Below, one piece after another: positions 9,432 to 18,253 of a stretch of DNA of 32,000 bases. The notes under the pieces were generated by a model that was not told the DNA's origin, ran no database searches, and saw only the letters and a program-made list of their open reading frames with translations. Within the stretch, counting starts at the first letter, position 1, and each line of letters opens with the position of its first letter. The stretch is from Acaryochloris marina MBIC11017 (GTDB taxonomy: Bacteria; Cyanobacteriota; Cyanobacteriia; Thermosynechococcales; Thermosynechococcaceae). Made by a program: the position numbers and the translations under genes. The DNA lies in contig NC_009925.1 of NCBI RefSeq assembly GCF_000018105.1, forward strand, positions 2,250,001 through 2,282,000. The letters are read 5' to 3'.

Positions 9432-10004
9432 GATGATCACTCACTTTTAGATTCTTGAAACGACGATTAAATGTCAGGAGTACTCAGCAGGTCCGGTTTC
9501 AGGTGGAATATGTTTCTAGACATAGATCTATCCAACCAGAAAGCCGATTGAGAGATGGAACATCTGTGCTGTAGTTCCTAGCCAGATGCAATAGGTATAC
9601 TCAATTGGCTCTATCAGAGATATTTCTGCTTAGAGGTTACTGCTGATTTACTGCCAGTCGATGCCTTTCAGGTCTGATGGCGATTGGATGTGCTTGCCAT
9701 CTGGTGAACTGATGCTGGGCAGCTTCTACCCTGACATGCAAAGAAGTAATCTTTTATTCCTCTGATTGCTTCTTCAACATCTATGATCTGGTATCCATGA
9801 CTTAAATTCAGTGATCGGCATCATACGATGAGTCTCATCTCAGCTAGAACGGCTCGGCACGCAGCAATCAGGGGCGTCAATGGGGTGTCTTTAGAGACAT
9901 TAGGCTATGGCGAGCATGGCAGGAGCGATCGTCTGCCGTGCAGGTAAGGATGCGACAACGCTAATGTTGAGACAGCCATACCTGTCCTGCAATGGAGACA
10001 AATC

Positions 10005-10868
10005 ATGAGTAGCGACTATACGCCCCCCAAAGTTTGGCAATGGGATTCTGAAAGTGGGGGGACTTGGGCCAAGATTAACCGCCCCATTGCAGGGCCAACC
10101 CATGAGCAAGACTTGCCCGTGGGTAAACATCCTTTGCAGCTCTATTCCATGGCAACCCCCAACGGCCAAAAAGTCACCATCATACTAGAAGAACTGTTGG
10201 CATTGGGTGAGGCTGGGGCTGAATACGATGCCCATTTAATCAAAATTGGAGATGGCGATCAGTTTGGCAGTGGATTTGTGGATGTTAATCCCAACTCCAA
10301 AATTCCGGCTCTTGTAGACCACTCCACTTCAACCCCAGCTCGCGTCTTTGAATCTGGAGCTATCCTCCTATACCTAGCAGAAAAATTCGGCCAGCTCCTA
10401 CCCACAGAACATGCAGCTCGCACCGAATGTTTGTCCTGGTTATTTTGGCAGATGGGTTCAGCGCCCTATCTGGGAGGGGGATTTGGTCATTTTTATAGCT
10501 ATGCTCCCGCCAAAATTGAATATTGCATCAACCGTTTCACCATGGAGGTGAAGCGCCAGCTTGACGTCCTGAATCGTCATCTTGAAACCCACTCATTTAT
10601 GGCTGGCGACGATTACTCAATTGCTGATATTGCCATCTGGCCTTGGTATGGCGGGGTAATTCGCAATACTCTATACGATGCCGCAGAGTTTATCGATGCC
10701 CCCTCTTATACCCATGTGGTTCGCTGGGCTCAGAATATCGCTGATCGCCCAGCAGTCCAGCGGGGCCGCATGGTCAACCGCACTTGGGGAGCCTTGTCAG
10801 AACAGCTCCATGAACGCCATGATGCCGGTGATTTTAATATTAAGACGCAGGATAAGCTTAACCCGTAG
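10005..10868 (+). CDS. yghU: YghU-type (Nu-class) glutathione S-transferase / GSH-dependent disulfide oxidoreductase
   Basis: 287 aa. YTPPKVWQWD...GGTWAKINRPIAGPTHEQDLPVGKHPLQLYSMATPNGQKVTI..EEL and DGDQFGSGFVDVNPNSKIPALVD are characteristic of YghU/YfcG-like GSTs. Confidence 0.85.
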   Translation: MSSDYTPPKVWQWDSESGGTWAKINRPIAGPTHEQDLPVGKHPLQLYSMATPNGQKVTIILEELLALGEAGAEYDAHLIKIGDGDQFGSGFVDVNPNSKIPALVDHSTSTPARVFESGAILLYLAEKFGQLLPTEHAARTECLSWLFWQMGSAPYLGGGFGHFYSYAPAKIEYCINRFTMEVKRQLDVLNRHLETHSFMAGDDYSIADIAIWPWYGGVIRNTLYDAAEFIDAPSYTHVVRWAQNIADRPAVQRGRMVNRTWGALSEQLHERHDAGDFNIKTQDKLNP

Positions 10869-10979
10869 CTTTCTCTAGGGGAAATGGACAAAGATCGGTA
10901 AATCCTTAGGTAGTATAGTAGACCCCTTGCATGAATCCTGCCTAAAGCTACTGTCTCTTACTCTTTATGGATGGCACTA

Positions 10980-11186
10980 GCCCCCCCGCCCCCCCAATTC
11001 TGGGGGGAGAGTATTGAAAGATAACGTCACGGTTGCCAGCATTCATGGGCCAATCTCACAGACTTGAGGGTGAGTGGTACTTTTGAGCAACGGTACAGGG
11101 GGTAAGCGAATTGAGGCTAACGTTCTCACAGCAGAATCGGACAAGATAACGCTGCTCTCCCCCCAGAATTGGGGGGGCGGGGGGGC
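10980..11186. repeat. 207-bp element bounded by perfect 31-32-bp G/C-run inverted repeats (MITE-like or giant hairpin)
   Basis: Left arm 10981-11011 (C7 G C7 AATTCT G6 AGAG) is the exact reverse complement of right arm 11155-11185. The g/c pair at 10980/11186 extends the repeat to 32 bp. Confidence 0.6.
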
Positions 11187-11259
11187 CATTTATGCAAGAC
11201 CTCTAGTAAACGCTTTAACGTTTAGATGTTGTGGTGTCTATATGCACAAGGACAACGAT

Positions 11260-11493
11260 ATGAATGAGTCATCCAAGCGTTCAACTATTTACTTTGAACC
11301 GGAGTTGCATCAGGCATTACGTCTCAAAGCAGCATCGACTGATCGCACGGTATCGGATCTCGTGAATGAGGCCGTCCGTCTAGCCTTACAGGGCGATCAA
11401 GAAGATCTAGCGGTCTTTGATGAGCGAGAAACAGAGTCTACGATGACTTATAAAGAACTGCTCAATGATCTTAAAAGCCATGGCAAACTATAA
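11260..11493 (+). CDS. Ribbon-helix-helix (CopG/ParD-like) type II antitoxin
   Basis: MNESSKRSTIYFEPELHQALRLKAASTDRTVSDLVNEAVRLAL... has the RHH strand-helix-helix pattern. AAGGA lies 7 nt upstream of ATG 11260 (alternative ATG at 11242). The track's 11074 start runs through the inverted-repeat element and is rejected. The 3' end overlaps the toxin start. Confidence 0.65.
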   Translation: MNESSKRSTIYFEPELHQALRLKAASTDRTVSDLVNEAVRLALQGDQEDLAVFDERETESTMTYKELLNDLKSHGKL

Positions 11494-11740
11494 GGCCGTT
11501 TTCAAGTGATCCGTTGCCAAAGATCTGCACCGTATTTCTAATCAGGATATTGCTAGAATTCTCAGTCGGATTGAATCTCTTGCTATTGATCCACGGCTAG
11601 GTGCAGAAAAACTGTCAGAGCAAGAGAGAGCTTGCATCCGACAAAGCGTTTACCGAATCATTTACGAGATTGTAGACCAAGAATTAATCGTAGTTGTTGT
11701 TAAAGTTGGCCACAGACGCGATGTGTACAAGAATCGCTAA
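11480..11740 (+). pseudogene. RelE/ParE-family type II toxin interrupted by an in-frame TGA at codon 10
   Basis: My translation from ATG 11480: MANYKAVFK*SVAKDLHRISNQDIARILSRIESLAIDPRLGAEKLSEQERACIRQSVYRIIYEIVDQELIVVVVKVGHRRDVYKNR*. The TGA is at 11507-11509. The rest matches the RelE/ParE consensus (KDL..I, YRI.YEI, GHR.DVY). Absent from the ORF track because no start codon follows the stop. Confidence 0.65.
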
Positions 11741-11768
11741 TAGCGCTTTCAGGTAATTTCAGGAGAGA

Positions 11769-12167
11769 GTGATGGCTGGAACAGATATTAAAACTCATCC
11801 TATTCATCTGGGGTTGGGTGCAACGGCAGAAACTGAACCCGTATTTACAGGGTCGATGGAATGGTACATCGACTATGCTAAACGCCATGATTCTGACGGT
11901 ACCGAAGGGCGCTTAGTTAGTATGCATTCTTTCTCAGAAGCTTGGGATGTTTGGGAAATGCATCCGCAGGGTAGTGAGGTCGTCATGTGTATTACGGGAA
12001 CGATAACGCTGCATCAAAAAGAGGCAGAGGGTTCTGTGACCACCACCCTCAGTCCTGGTGAATATGCCATTAATCAGCCTGGTGTTTGGCATACCGCCGA
12101 TGTCGAAGAAGAAGCGACGGTGTTATTTATCACTTCTGGTATCGGCACCCAAATTCGGCCCCGGTAG
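11769..12167 (+). CDS. Cupin-domain protein
   Basis: 132 aa, single cupin-like barrel (WEMHPQGSEVVMCITG...GEYAINQPGVWHTADV). Confidence 0.65.
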   Translation: MMAGTDIKTHPIHLGLGATAETEPVFTGSMEWYIDYAKRHDSDGTEGRLVSMHSFSEAWDVWEMHPQGSEVVMCITGTITLHQKEAEGSVTTTLSPGEYAINQPGVWHTADVEEEATVLFITSGIGTQIRPR

Positions 12168-12175
12168 ATTGGCAC

Positions 12176-12565
12176 TTACAACACCTGGCTGGCAATCATG
12201 CCCATGCCGATCAAAGAGCCACCAAACGCAAAGCTACGCACCACGGGCACGCCAAAAACATACAGGGGCAAATAGACCACTCGACTCCAAAAATAGAGCC
12301 AGGCCCCTACGGCACTAACGCCATTGGTGTGGCCTGTCGCCTGCACCAGCAGCAATAAACCCAATGCCCAAGGCAAGGTCTCTTTGAAATTATGGTTGGC
12401 TCGCTCGCCTCGAATGCCATAGGTATTCTGGCGAGGGGGTAAATTATCGCGGGGACCGAGCAGGACCATTGGCCCAACTTCAAAAATCCTGGTCATTGAA
12501 CCAATGCCAAGGTGAATCATGGCCAAGATCAGCGTCAGCAGGAAAACAGTTGTTTCGGGGGTCAT
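12176..12565 (-). CDS. MAPEG-family membrane protein
   Basis: 129 aa, multi-TM. The R.ERA.HNF.ETLP motif is typical of MAPEG (microsomal GST-like) proteins. Confidence 0.75.
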   Translation of the reverse strand: MTPETTVFLLTLILAMIHLGIGSMTRIFEVGPMVLLGPRDNLPPRQNTYGIRGERANHNFKETLPWALGLLLLVQATGHTNGVSAVGAWLYFWSRVVYLPLYVFGVPVVRSFAFGGSLIGMGMIASQVL

Positions 12566-12607
12566 GGTTATCAGAAGTGTAGGGTTGATTCAAACGTTGT
12601 CACGGTC

Positions 12608-13075
12608 TTAGGCCGCAGTGACGACTTGACCTTGCGTGACATAAGCATCATTGCCTTCCAGGAGGGCATTGAGCATTTCCGTAAATTTGGGTTTCATCAT
12701 GGGGAGCATAAGCTTGCCCAGTAACCCCATCCTCGGCTCAAAGTCCATGCTCATAATGATTTCAGTTCGTTTCGCCATGACTTTACGGAAACGTAAAGTT
12801 GCTTTTGCACTTTTCAGGGGCATGGTTCCCTCATAGATATTGAAGGTCATCTGCTGGTAGGGAATATATTCAACGACTTCTTCGCGAATCCAGTTTTTGC
12901 CGTCATTCAGATCGCACTGCCGCTTGGCCCCTTGTCCTTTCGGGAGAGAATCTTCAAGGAGATGGGAATGAGTGAGATTGGGATTGAATTGGTAGATATT
13001 GCCAAAGTCATCCCAACTCTCCCAAACCTTTTCGAGGGAGGCATAGATGGTTCGATATACGGTCACATTCGCCAT
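12608..13075 (-). CDS. SRPBCC-family (polyketide cyclase/dehydrase-like) protein
   Basis: The track ORF extends to 13201. I place the start at MANVTVYRTIYASLEKVWESWDDFGNIYQFNP (ATG at 13075), a typical SRPBCC N-terminus. Confidence 0.7.
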   Translation of the reverse strand: MANVTVYRTIYASLEKVWESWDDFGNIYQFNPNLTHSHLLEDSLPKGQGAKRQCDLNDGKNWIREEVVEYIPYQQMTFNIYEGTMPLKSAKATLRFRKVMAKRTEIIMSMDFEPRMGLLGKLMLPMMKPKFTEMLNALLEGNDAYVTQGQVVTAA

Positions 13076-13219
13076 GATGATGCTCCTATACAGGCTGGGA
13101 AGATCAACCACTTGGGGTCGATGGTGCCAACTGGCTTTCCTTCGATAGTATGTAATCATTCCTGCATTGAGAAGCCCAAAATAAGCACCCTGCCGTTGCA
13201 TAAATGCACCAGAGGAATC

Positions 13220-14113
13220 ATGAACTGGGATGATTTGAGAATCTTTTTAGCGATTGCCCGTCAAGGATCGGCTCGGGCTGCTGCTGCCAAGCTGGGGGTT
13301 CACCACTCCACCATCACGCGCCGGATTGATGCCTTTGAATCCACCCAGAAAACACGCCTCTTTGATCGGTTACCAAGCGGGTATGCCCTGACCTTAGCGG
13401 GGGAAGAACTACTGGCGGGGGCTACTCGGGTCGAGGACGAAATGAATGGGATTGAACGCCATATCCTCGGGCAAGATATTCAGCTACGGGGCAATCTCCG
13501 CGTCACGATGCCAGATGCTTTAGCGGTTCATTTTCTCATGCCAGATTTGGTGTGCTTTATGGAGACTTATCCAGAGGTGAACTTGGAAGTCTTGATTTCC
13601 TATGAGGTCTATAACCTCACCAAGCGGGAAGCAGATGTTGCCATTCGAGTCACCGAAAATCCGCCTGAACATTTGGTGGGGCGGAAAGTGGGATGTTATC
13701 ACTGCGCCAACTATGCATCTGTAGACTACTTGGCAGCTCATGCACTGCCCAAGAATACTGAAGGGGCCTATTGGATTGGTTGGGATGCACCAACCCCCTA
13801 TCCAGACTGGGTGCGAAAGAGTGAGTTTCCCCATATTCCGATGCGGGGGCGATTCAATAATGCGATCGCACAACTCGCAGCCGCCAAAGCCGGTTTGGGA
13901 CTCGCCCGTATCCCCTGTTTTTTAGGCGATCCAGAACCCACCCTCAAACGAGTTCCTCCCGGTCAGAGTGCCCCTTGCCATGACGTCTGGATTTTGACCC
14001 ATAAAGATCTGATCTCAACGGTACGTATCCAAACCTTTATGGACTGTATGTCCAAAGCCTTCCAGCAAAAGCAGGATTTATTAGAAGGGCGTTGCCCTGC
14101 ACTATCCGCTTAA
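13220..14113 (+). CDS. LysR-family transcriptional regulator
   Basis: The real start is MNWDDLRIFLAIARQGSARAAAAKLGVHHSTITRRIDAFE (ATG 13220, in frame with track ORF 12932..14113). This is the canonical LysR HTH. The gene is divergent from the SRPBCC gene. Confidence 0.9.
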   Translation: MNWDDLRIFLAIARQGSARAAAAKLGVHHSTITRRIDAFESTQKTRLFDRLPSGYALTLAGEELLAGATRVEDEMNGIERHILGQDIQLRGNLRVTMPDALAVHFLMPDLVCFMETYPEVNLEVLISYEVYNLTKREADVAIRVTENPPEHLVGRKVGCYHCANYASVDYLAAHALPKNTEGAYWIGWDAPTPYPDWVRKSEFPHIPMRGRFNNAIAQLAAAKAGLGLARIPCFLGDPEPTLKRVPPGQSAPCHDVWILTHKDLISTVRIQTFMDCMSKAFQQKQDLLEGRCPALSA

Positions 14114-14332
14114 CTCAACACAATCATACGAATCAACCTGTGCAACAGTACCCAATCGAGGACTAGTCGCTATAGGCTACGGCTCTTAAGCTGAGTTCGA
14201 AAGAGCCTCAGCCCTGTCTTGGTGTGTTGCACTGAGGCGATTCAGCCCAATTTGCTTCTGGATGTTCTAAGCCTGATAACCGAACTATCGAACCTTCATT
14301 GATGTTCCTTTCGCCTATGGAGACCGTAACCC

Positions 14333-14761
14333 ATGAATCAACAGGCCATTTTTGCCCCCATTTTTGTGATGTTCTTACTAACGTTGACGGTCTGGATCTA
14401 TATGTATGCCCATCGCATTCCCTTCATCATCAAAAACAACTTCCCCCCTGAAAAAATGCGGCCCCTAGAATTTGCCCGAATCTCTCCACCTAGCGTCTCC
14501 AATCCTTCGGACAATCTCAAAAACCTCTTTGAGTTACCCGTGCTGTTTTACGCCCTCGGCAACTACCTATTTATGACCAGCCAAGTCGACGGGTTCTATG
14601 TGTTCTTAGCTTGGATATTCGCAGGTTTTCGCATTCTGCATAGCCTAGTTCACTGTACGATCAACCGGATTTTGCTGCGGTTTTATCTCTATCTAACCGC
14701 TGCCGTCGCCCTATGGTTGATGGTTTTGCGGGCAGGCTGGCAATATCTCGGTAGCGCCTGA
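14333..14761 (+). CDS. MAPEG-like membrane protein
   Basis: 142 aa, 3-4 TM segments. The FRILHSLVHCT motif resembles bacterial MAPEG-family proteins. Confidence 0.55.
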   Translation: MNQQAIFAPIFVMFLLTLTVWIYMYAHRIPFIIKNNFPPEKMRPLEFARISPPSVSNPSDNLKNLFELPVLFYALGNYLFMTSQVDGFYVFLAWIFAGFRILHSLVHCTINRILLRFYLYLTAAVALWLMVLRAGWQYLGSA

Positions 14762-14857
14762 TGCATTTCCCCAAAACGGCTGAGAATCCTCAGACAAATG
14801 CGTCAAAATTGAAAAAAGATAATACACCTAAAATGGCAGAGTAGGTTTGGTACGGAT

Positions 14858-15298
14858 ATGACTGCATTACCCCAAGGCAAGCTGCGCAAAACCCATCACT
14901 TTGCCCTGAATGTCAAAGACCTGCAAGCCTCCCGGCATTTTTATGGCACTATTTTGGGCCTGCATGAGTTAACGGGCTCTGAAGTGCCAGAAACCCTCGT
15001 CGAACTTGTGAAACAGGGACGCATTAGCAACTTTGTCACCCCCGATGGATGGGTTTTGGACCTCTTCTGGGAGCCAGATCTATCTCCCCCCAATCCAGAT
15101 CCAGAGCAGCAGTTTACCCGCGCCAATCACTTGGCCTTTGATATTGCCCCCGACGCCTTCGACGAGGCCGTGCAGGTTTTGCAGGCGAATCAAGTTGCGA
15201 TCGCACAAGGTCCAGTCTCCCGACCCACCGGGCGGGGCATTTATTTTTATGATCCAGATGGGTTCTTACTTGAAATCCGCTGTGATCCAGAAAACTAG
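14858..15298 (+). CDS. VOC-family (glyoxalase/bleomycin-resistance/dioxygenase) protein
   Basis: HHFALNVKDLQASRHFYGTILGL...NHLAFDI...GRGIYFYDPDGFLLEI is the typical VOC fold signature. Confidence 0.8.
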   Translation: MTALPQGKLRKTHHFALNVKDLQASRHFYGTILGLHELTGSEVPETLVELVKQGRISNFVTPDGWVLDLFWEPDLSPPNPDPEQQFTRANHLAFDIAPDAFDEAVQVLQANQVAIAQGPVSRPTGRGIYFYDPDGFLLEIRCDPEN

Positions 15299-16440
15299 CG
15301 ATTCAAGGTGTACTTAAAGGCATCCAAAACCATATGGACATTTTCAGGGCGGCTGTTAAAGCCCATCAGTCCAATTCGCCAGGCCTTGCCCGCCAGTTCT
15401 CCTAAACCATTCCCAATTTCGATATTAAAGTCTTTCAGGAATTGCTGGGTGATAGCTTTACCATCCACCCCATCTGGAATCCGCACCGTAATTAACGAAG
15501 GCAATCGATGCTGGCGTTCCACATAGCACTCCATGCCCAGGGAAGCTAACCCTTCCCACATCAACTCGGCATTGGTTTGATGTCGCGCCCAGCGTTCCGC
15601 GAGACCTTCTTCGGCAATCAAACGGAGGGCTTCCCGAAAGCCGTAGATCATATTAATGGGAGCTGTATGGTGATAGGTTCGCTCCGACCCCCAATATTTG
15701 CCCACCATCGACATATCTAAATACCAGTTGGGCACTTTTTTCTCTCGCTGATTGAGCTTCTCCACCGCGCGAGCCCCTAAGGTGAACGGACTAATTCCCG
15801 GTGGGCAGCTCAGGCATTTTTGGCTACCGCTATAGGCCATATCCACGCCCCATTCATCCAAAAACAGCGGTAAGCCCCCTAAGCTAGTCACCGTATCTGC
15901 CAGCAGCAAACAATCATATTCTCGACACAAGTCACCCACACCTTCTAAGGGTTGGCAGGCGCCCGTAGATGTTTCCGCATGAACCAGCCCCAAAACCTTG
16001 GGACGATGCTCTTCCAGGCCAGCTTTCAATTCATCTAAGGAAAAGACTTCTCCCCAGGGTTTATCGATGCGACGCACATCCGCCCCATAACGCCCAGCCA
16101 TATCCATCATTCGATGACCGAAATAGCCATTGACGCCCACTAAAACCACATCTCCTGGTTCGACGGTATTGGCCAAAGTGGCTTCCATAGCCGCGCTACC
16201 CGTCGCGCTCACCGGAATCGTCGTCGGGTTCTCCGTTTGCCAAGCATATTTAAGCAGAGACTGAACTTCGTTCATCAGCTCGATAAAGCAAGGATCTAAG
16301 TGCCCTACTTGGCGCATTCCCAACGCTTGTAAAACTCTGGGATGGGCGTTGGACGGCCCCGGCCCCATTAATAGGCGGGGGGGAACGTCTAGCTGAGCAG
16401 TTTGCTGACGATGGGTCTCATTGATGGCAACGTTGGTCAT
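15295..16440 (-). CDS. Class-V PLP-dependent aminotransferase (alanine-glyoxylate / serine-pyruvate aminotransferase type)
   Basis: 381 aa. LLMGPGPSN, HAETSTG, DTVTSLGG and SGSQKCL (PLP lysine) motifs. Its stop overlaps the convergent VOC stop within CTAG at 15295-15298. Confidence 0.9.
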   Translation of the reverse strand: MTNVAINETHRQQTAQLDVPPRLLMGPGPSNAHPRVLQALGMRQVGHLDPCFIELMNEVQSLLKYAWQTENPTTIPVSATGSAAMEATLANTVEPGDVVLVGVNGYFGHRMMDMAGRYGADVRRIDKPWGEVFSLDELKAGLEEHRPKVLGLVHAETSTGACQPLEGVGDLCREYDCLLLADTVTSLGGLPLFLDEWGVDMAYSGSQKCLSCPPGISPFTLGARAVEKLNQREKKVPNWYLDMSMVGKYWGSERTYHHTAPINMIYGFREALRLIAEEGLAERWARHQTNAELMWEGLASLGMECYVERQHRLPSLITVRIPDGVDGKAITQQFLKDFNIEIGNGLGELAGKAWRIGLMGFNSRPENVHMVLDAFKYTLNR

Positions 16441-16713
16441 AGGAATGGGCCGGAATAGATAGAGGAAGGTCAGTTAGGTTACCAGGCTGATCCAGATGAT
16501 GGTCGCAGATGGTCCCACAGGGCGGCATCTCGATTCAGGGTCAGTAATGGCGCATTTAAGACGGAGCAGATTAGAAATGATGCATGGGTCTTAAGCATGC
16601 TTTGCATATCCTACAATCAATCAGCCCCCGTACCCGCAGAGTTTCTAGGCGGCTTGTCTCGGGACGAGAGCATTGTTGCTAGACTAGTAAGCAGTCCATT
16701 CTCGAGAAACTTT

Positions 16714-16944
16714 ATGTCTAAGCGCCCCACCATCGACACCACGCATATTATGCGGCGAGCTGAAGAATTGATTAGCGCTTCTTCCAATCGCTACCGCATT
16801 ACTGTGCAAGTTGCGAACCGGGCCAAAAAGCGTCGTCGCCGCGAAAATTTAGAAGACTTTGAAGATGCTGGCATGAAGTCCGTGATGCAAGCCATTATCG
16901 AAATGTCTGATGAACTGACGCAACCGGAGATTATTGGCGAGTGA
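16714..16944 (+). CDS. rpoZ: DNA-directed RNA polymerase omega subunit
   Basis: [41 protein letters not shown]...[14 protein letters not shown] matches cyanobacterial RpoZ. Start at ATG 16714, internal to track ORF 16597. Confidence 0.85.
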   Translation: MSKRPTIDTTHIMRRAEELISASSNRYRITVQVANRAKKRRRRENLEDFEDAGMKSVMQAIIEMSDELTQPEIIGE

Positions 16945-17624
16945 ACCCTAACCTCACTCTGATTCAACGGTCCAAGCGGGCACTTCTCTGTGCCTCCTTG
17001 GTCGTCAGCGGATGGATGCTGGCCCAACCAGCGGTGGCCCAGCGTCTGAACGCCAAACTGGCAGCGGATGCGGTCTACTCCCAATTGCCGGAGCTACCGC
17101 AAGAAAACCAGTATGTGCGCCGCAAGGGTAATAAGCCTGCTCCCAATAGCACGTTGGTCAGTCGACTAATTCGGTATCACACCCAGGTCAAGGGCCGATC
17201 GCCTCAGTATCGGTTTGACTGGAAAATCACCCTGGCGGACTATCTAGGACTCTACGAAAACCTACGAGAAGAAGAATATCCGGGGCAGTCGTACTTAAAG
17301 ACGAATCCCATGGAGAGCGATCGCAAGTTGATTCGCCAGTTCACCCGCAAGCAGCGCCTGGCATTAACTCAAGCCCTTAGCGATGTATACGCGAGTCAAG
17401 TCCCCCAGCAGGCAGCCCCTCCACCAGAGAAACAACAACCAGAGCCACCCAAGCCTGCAGCAGCCCCAGATCCAGAACCAATCTCTCGTCCCAAACTCAT
17501 TCCCTTACCTGGTTCGGGCAGCGCCGATCTCTTACGGCCTCAAACAACGCCCAAATCCAGCTCACCTCAGTCCACTACCCCCACTCGTAAGCCTACAGGT
17601 GAGTCCCAAAAGCTCACTTTTTAA
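16941..17624 (+). CDS. Hypothetical secreted protein with a Pro-rich C-terminus
   Basis: GTG start overlapping the rpoZ stop (GTGA). Signal-peptide-like [22 protein letters not shown]-terminal [21 protein letters not shown] low-complexity region. Confidence 0.6.
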   Translation: MNPNLTLIQRSKRALLCASLVVSGWMLAQPAVAQRLNAKLAADAVYSQLPELPQENQYVRRKGNKPAPNSTLVSRLIRYHTQVKGRSPQYRFDWKITLADYLGLYENLREEEYPGQSYLKTNPMESDRKLIRQFTRKQRLALTQALSDVYASQVPQQAAPPPEKQQPEPPKPAAAPDPEPISRPKLIPLPGSGSADLLRPQTTPKSSSPQSTTPTRKPTGESQKLTF

Positions 17625-17633
17625 GTACTAAGA

Positions 17634-17996
17634 ATGGACCGACAGCTCAAAGAGGGCAACGGTTGGCGCTTGGGATGGCATCCTCAGGCAGCGTTTTCCA
17701 CCCTACTCGGTACCAATGAATGGGCGGTAGAGTTAACGGCTGAGGAATTTGCTGATTTTCGTCGTCTGCTCTTACAGCTCGTCGAGTCCATCACCCAATT
17801 ACAAGATCAATTAATGGCTGAGGAAACCATTGCCTGTGAGGCGAGTAGTGATTTGGTTTGGCTAGAGGTGCAAGGCTATCCCCAGCAGTTTGCTCTCAGT
17901 TTTATCCTCTTAAATGGTCGCCGAGCAGAAGGACATTGGTCTGCAGAGAGCACCGCTGAACTGGTGGGCGCTATCCAAACAATTGAGGTCTTTTAA
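17634..17996 (+). CDS. Conserved cyanobacterial hypothetical protein (DUF1818-like, from memory)
   Basis: 120 aa. GNGWRLGW...LLGTNEWAVELTAEEFADFRRLLLQL resembles the DUF1818 family as I recall it. Confidence 0.55.
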   Translation: MDRQLKEGNGWRLGWHPQAAFSTLLGTNEWAVELTAEEFADFRRLLLQLVESITQLQDQLMAEETIACEASSDLVWLEVQGYPQQFALSFILLNGRRAEGHWSAESTAELVGAIQTIEVF

Positions 17997-18028
17997 TCAG
18001 AGTTTTATGTTAGGCTTGTAAAGCAAAA

Positions 18029-18102
18029 CGGGGCGTAGCGCAGCTTGGTAGCGCACCACTTTGGGGTAGTGGGGGTCGTGGGTTCAAATCCCGCCGCTCC
18101 GA
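18029..18102 (+). tRNA. tRNA-Pro (anticodon GGG)
   Basis: Hand-folded 74-nt cloverleaf: acceptor CGGGGCG/CGCTCCG, D-stem GCGC/GCGC, anticodon stem CCACT/AGTGG, loop TTGGGGT (anticodon GGG), T-arm GTGGG-TTCAAAT-CCCGC, discriminator A. No encoded CCA. Confidence 0.9.
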
Positions 18103-18104
18103 TT
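18056..18104 (+). repeat. attL: 49-bp direct repeat (3' half of tRNA-Pro from the anticodon stem, plus 2 nt)
   Basis: CCACTTTGGGGTAGTGGGGGTCGTGGGTTCAAATCCCGCCGCTCCGATT is identical at 30655-30703. Confidence 0.85.
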
Positions 18105-18220
18105 GACTGTAATTCTTATATCTGGCAAGGCTTGAAGGCTACTGATACTAGCTTTCAGGTCTATTTTTGTGCAATCAATATGCATTGAAATAAGTCCGTT
18201 AAAGCTGGTTAGTCGTTTAG

Positions 18221-18244
18221 TTGGCCGGATAGATTGGCCGGAAG
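18221..18244 (+). promoter_or_regulatory. Candidate integrase arm-type site (TTGGCCGGA x2), attL side
   Basis: TTGGCCGGATAGATTGGCCGGAAG lies 10 nt upstream of the integrase GTG. An identical 24-mer is at 30575-30598. Confidence 0.4.
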
Positions 18245-18253
18245 GATTAACCT

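Noticed and set aside
9900-10169. 89-aa minus-strand ORF
   Set aside because: It runs antisense across the start of the well-supported YghU-type GST gene.
11074-11259. N-terminal extension of track ORF 11074..11493
   Set aside because: The extension is translated through the G/C-run inverted repeat (it gives GGGGAIY...). The RHH domain begins after ATG 11260, which has an AAGGA Shine-Dalgarno-like sequence.
12058-12836. ORFs 12058..12318, 12086..12358, 12512..12724 and 12651..12836
   Set aside because: They run antisense to, or overlap, the MAPEG and SRPBCC genes. They have no motifs.
12932-13219. N-terminal 96 aa of track ORF 12932..14113
   Set aside because: It is antisense to the SRPBCC gene. 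The canonical LysR HTH starts at MNWDDLRIF (ATG 13220).
14181-14239. Hairpins GGCTCTT/AAGAGCC and GCCTCAG/CTGAGGC after the LysR gene
   Set aside because: The stems are short and lack a U-tract. They could be weak terminators, but the evidence is insufficient.
16791-17084. 97-aa minus-strand ORF
   Set aside because: It is antisense to rpoZ and the downstream secreted-protein gene.
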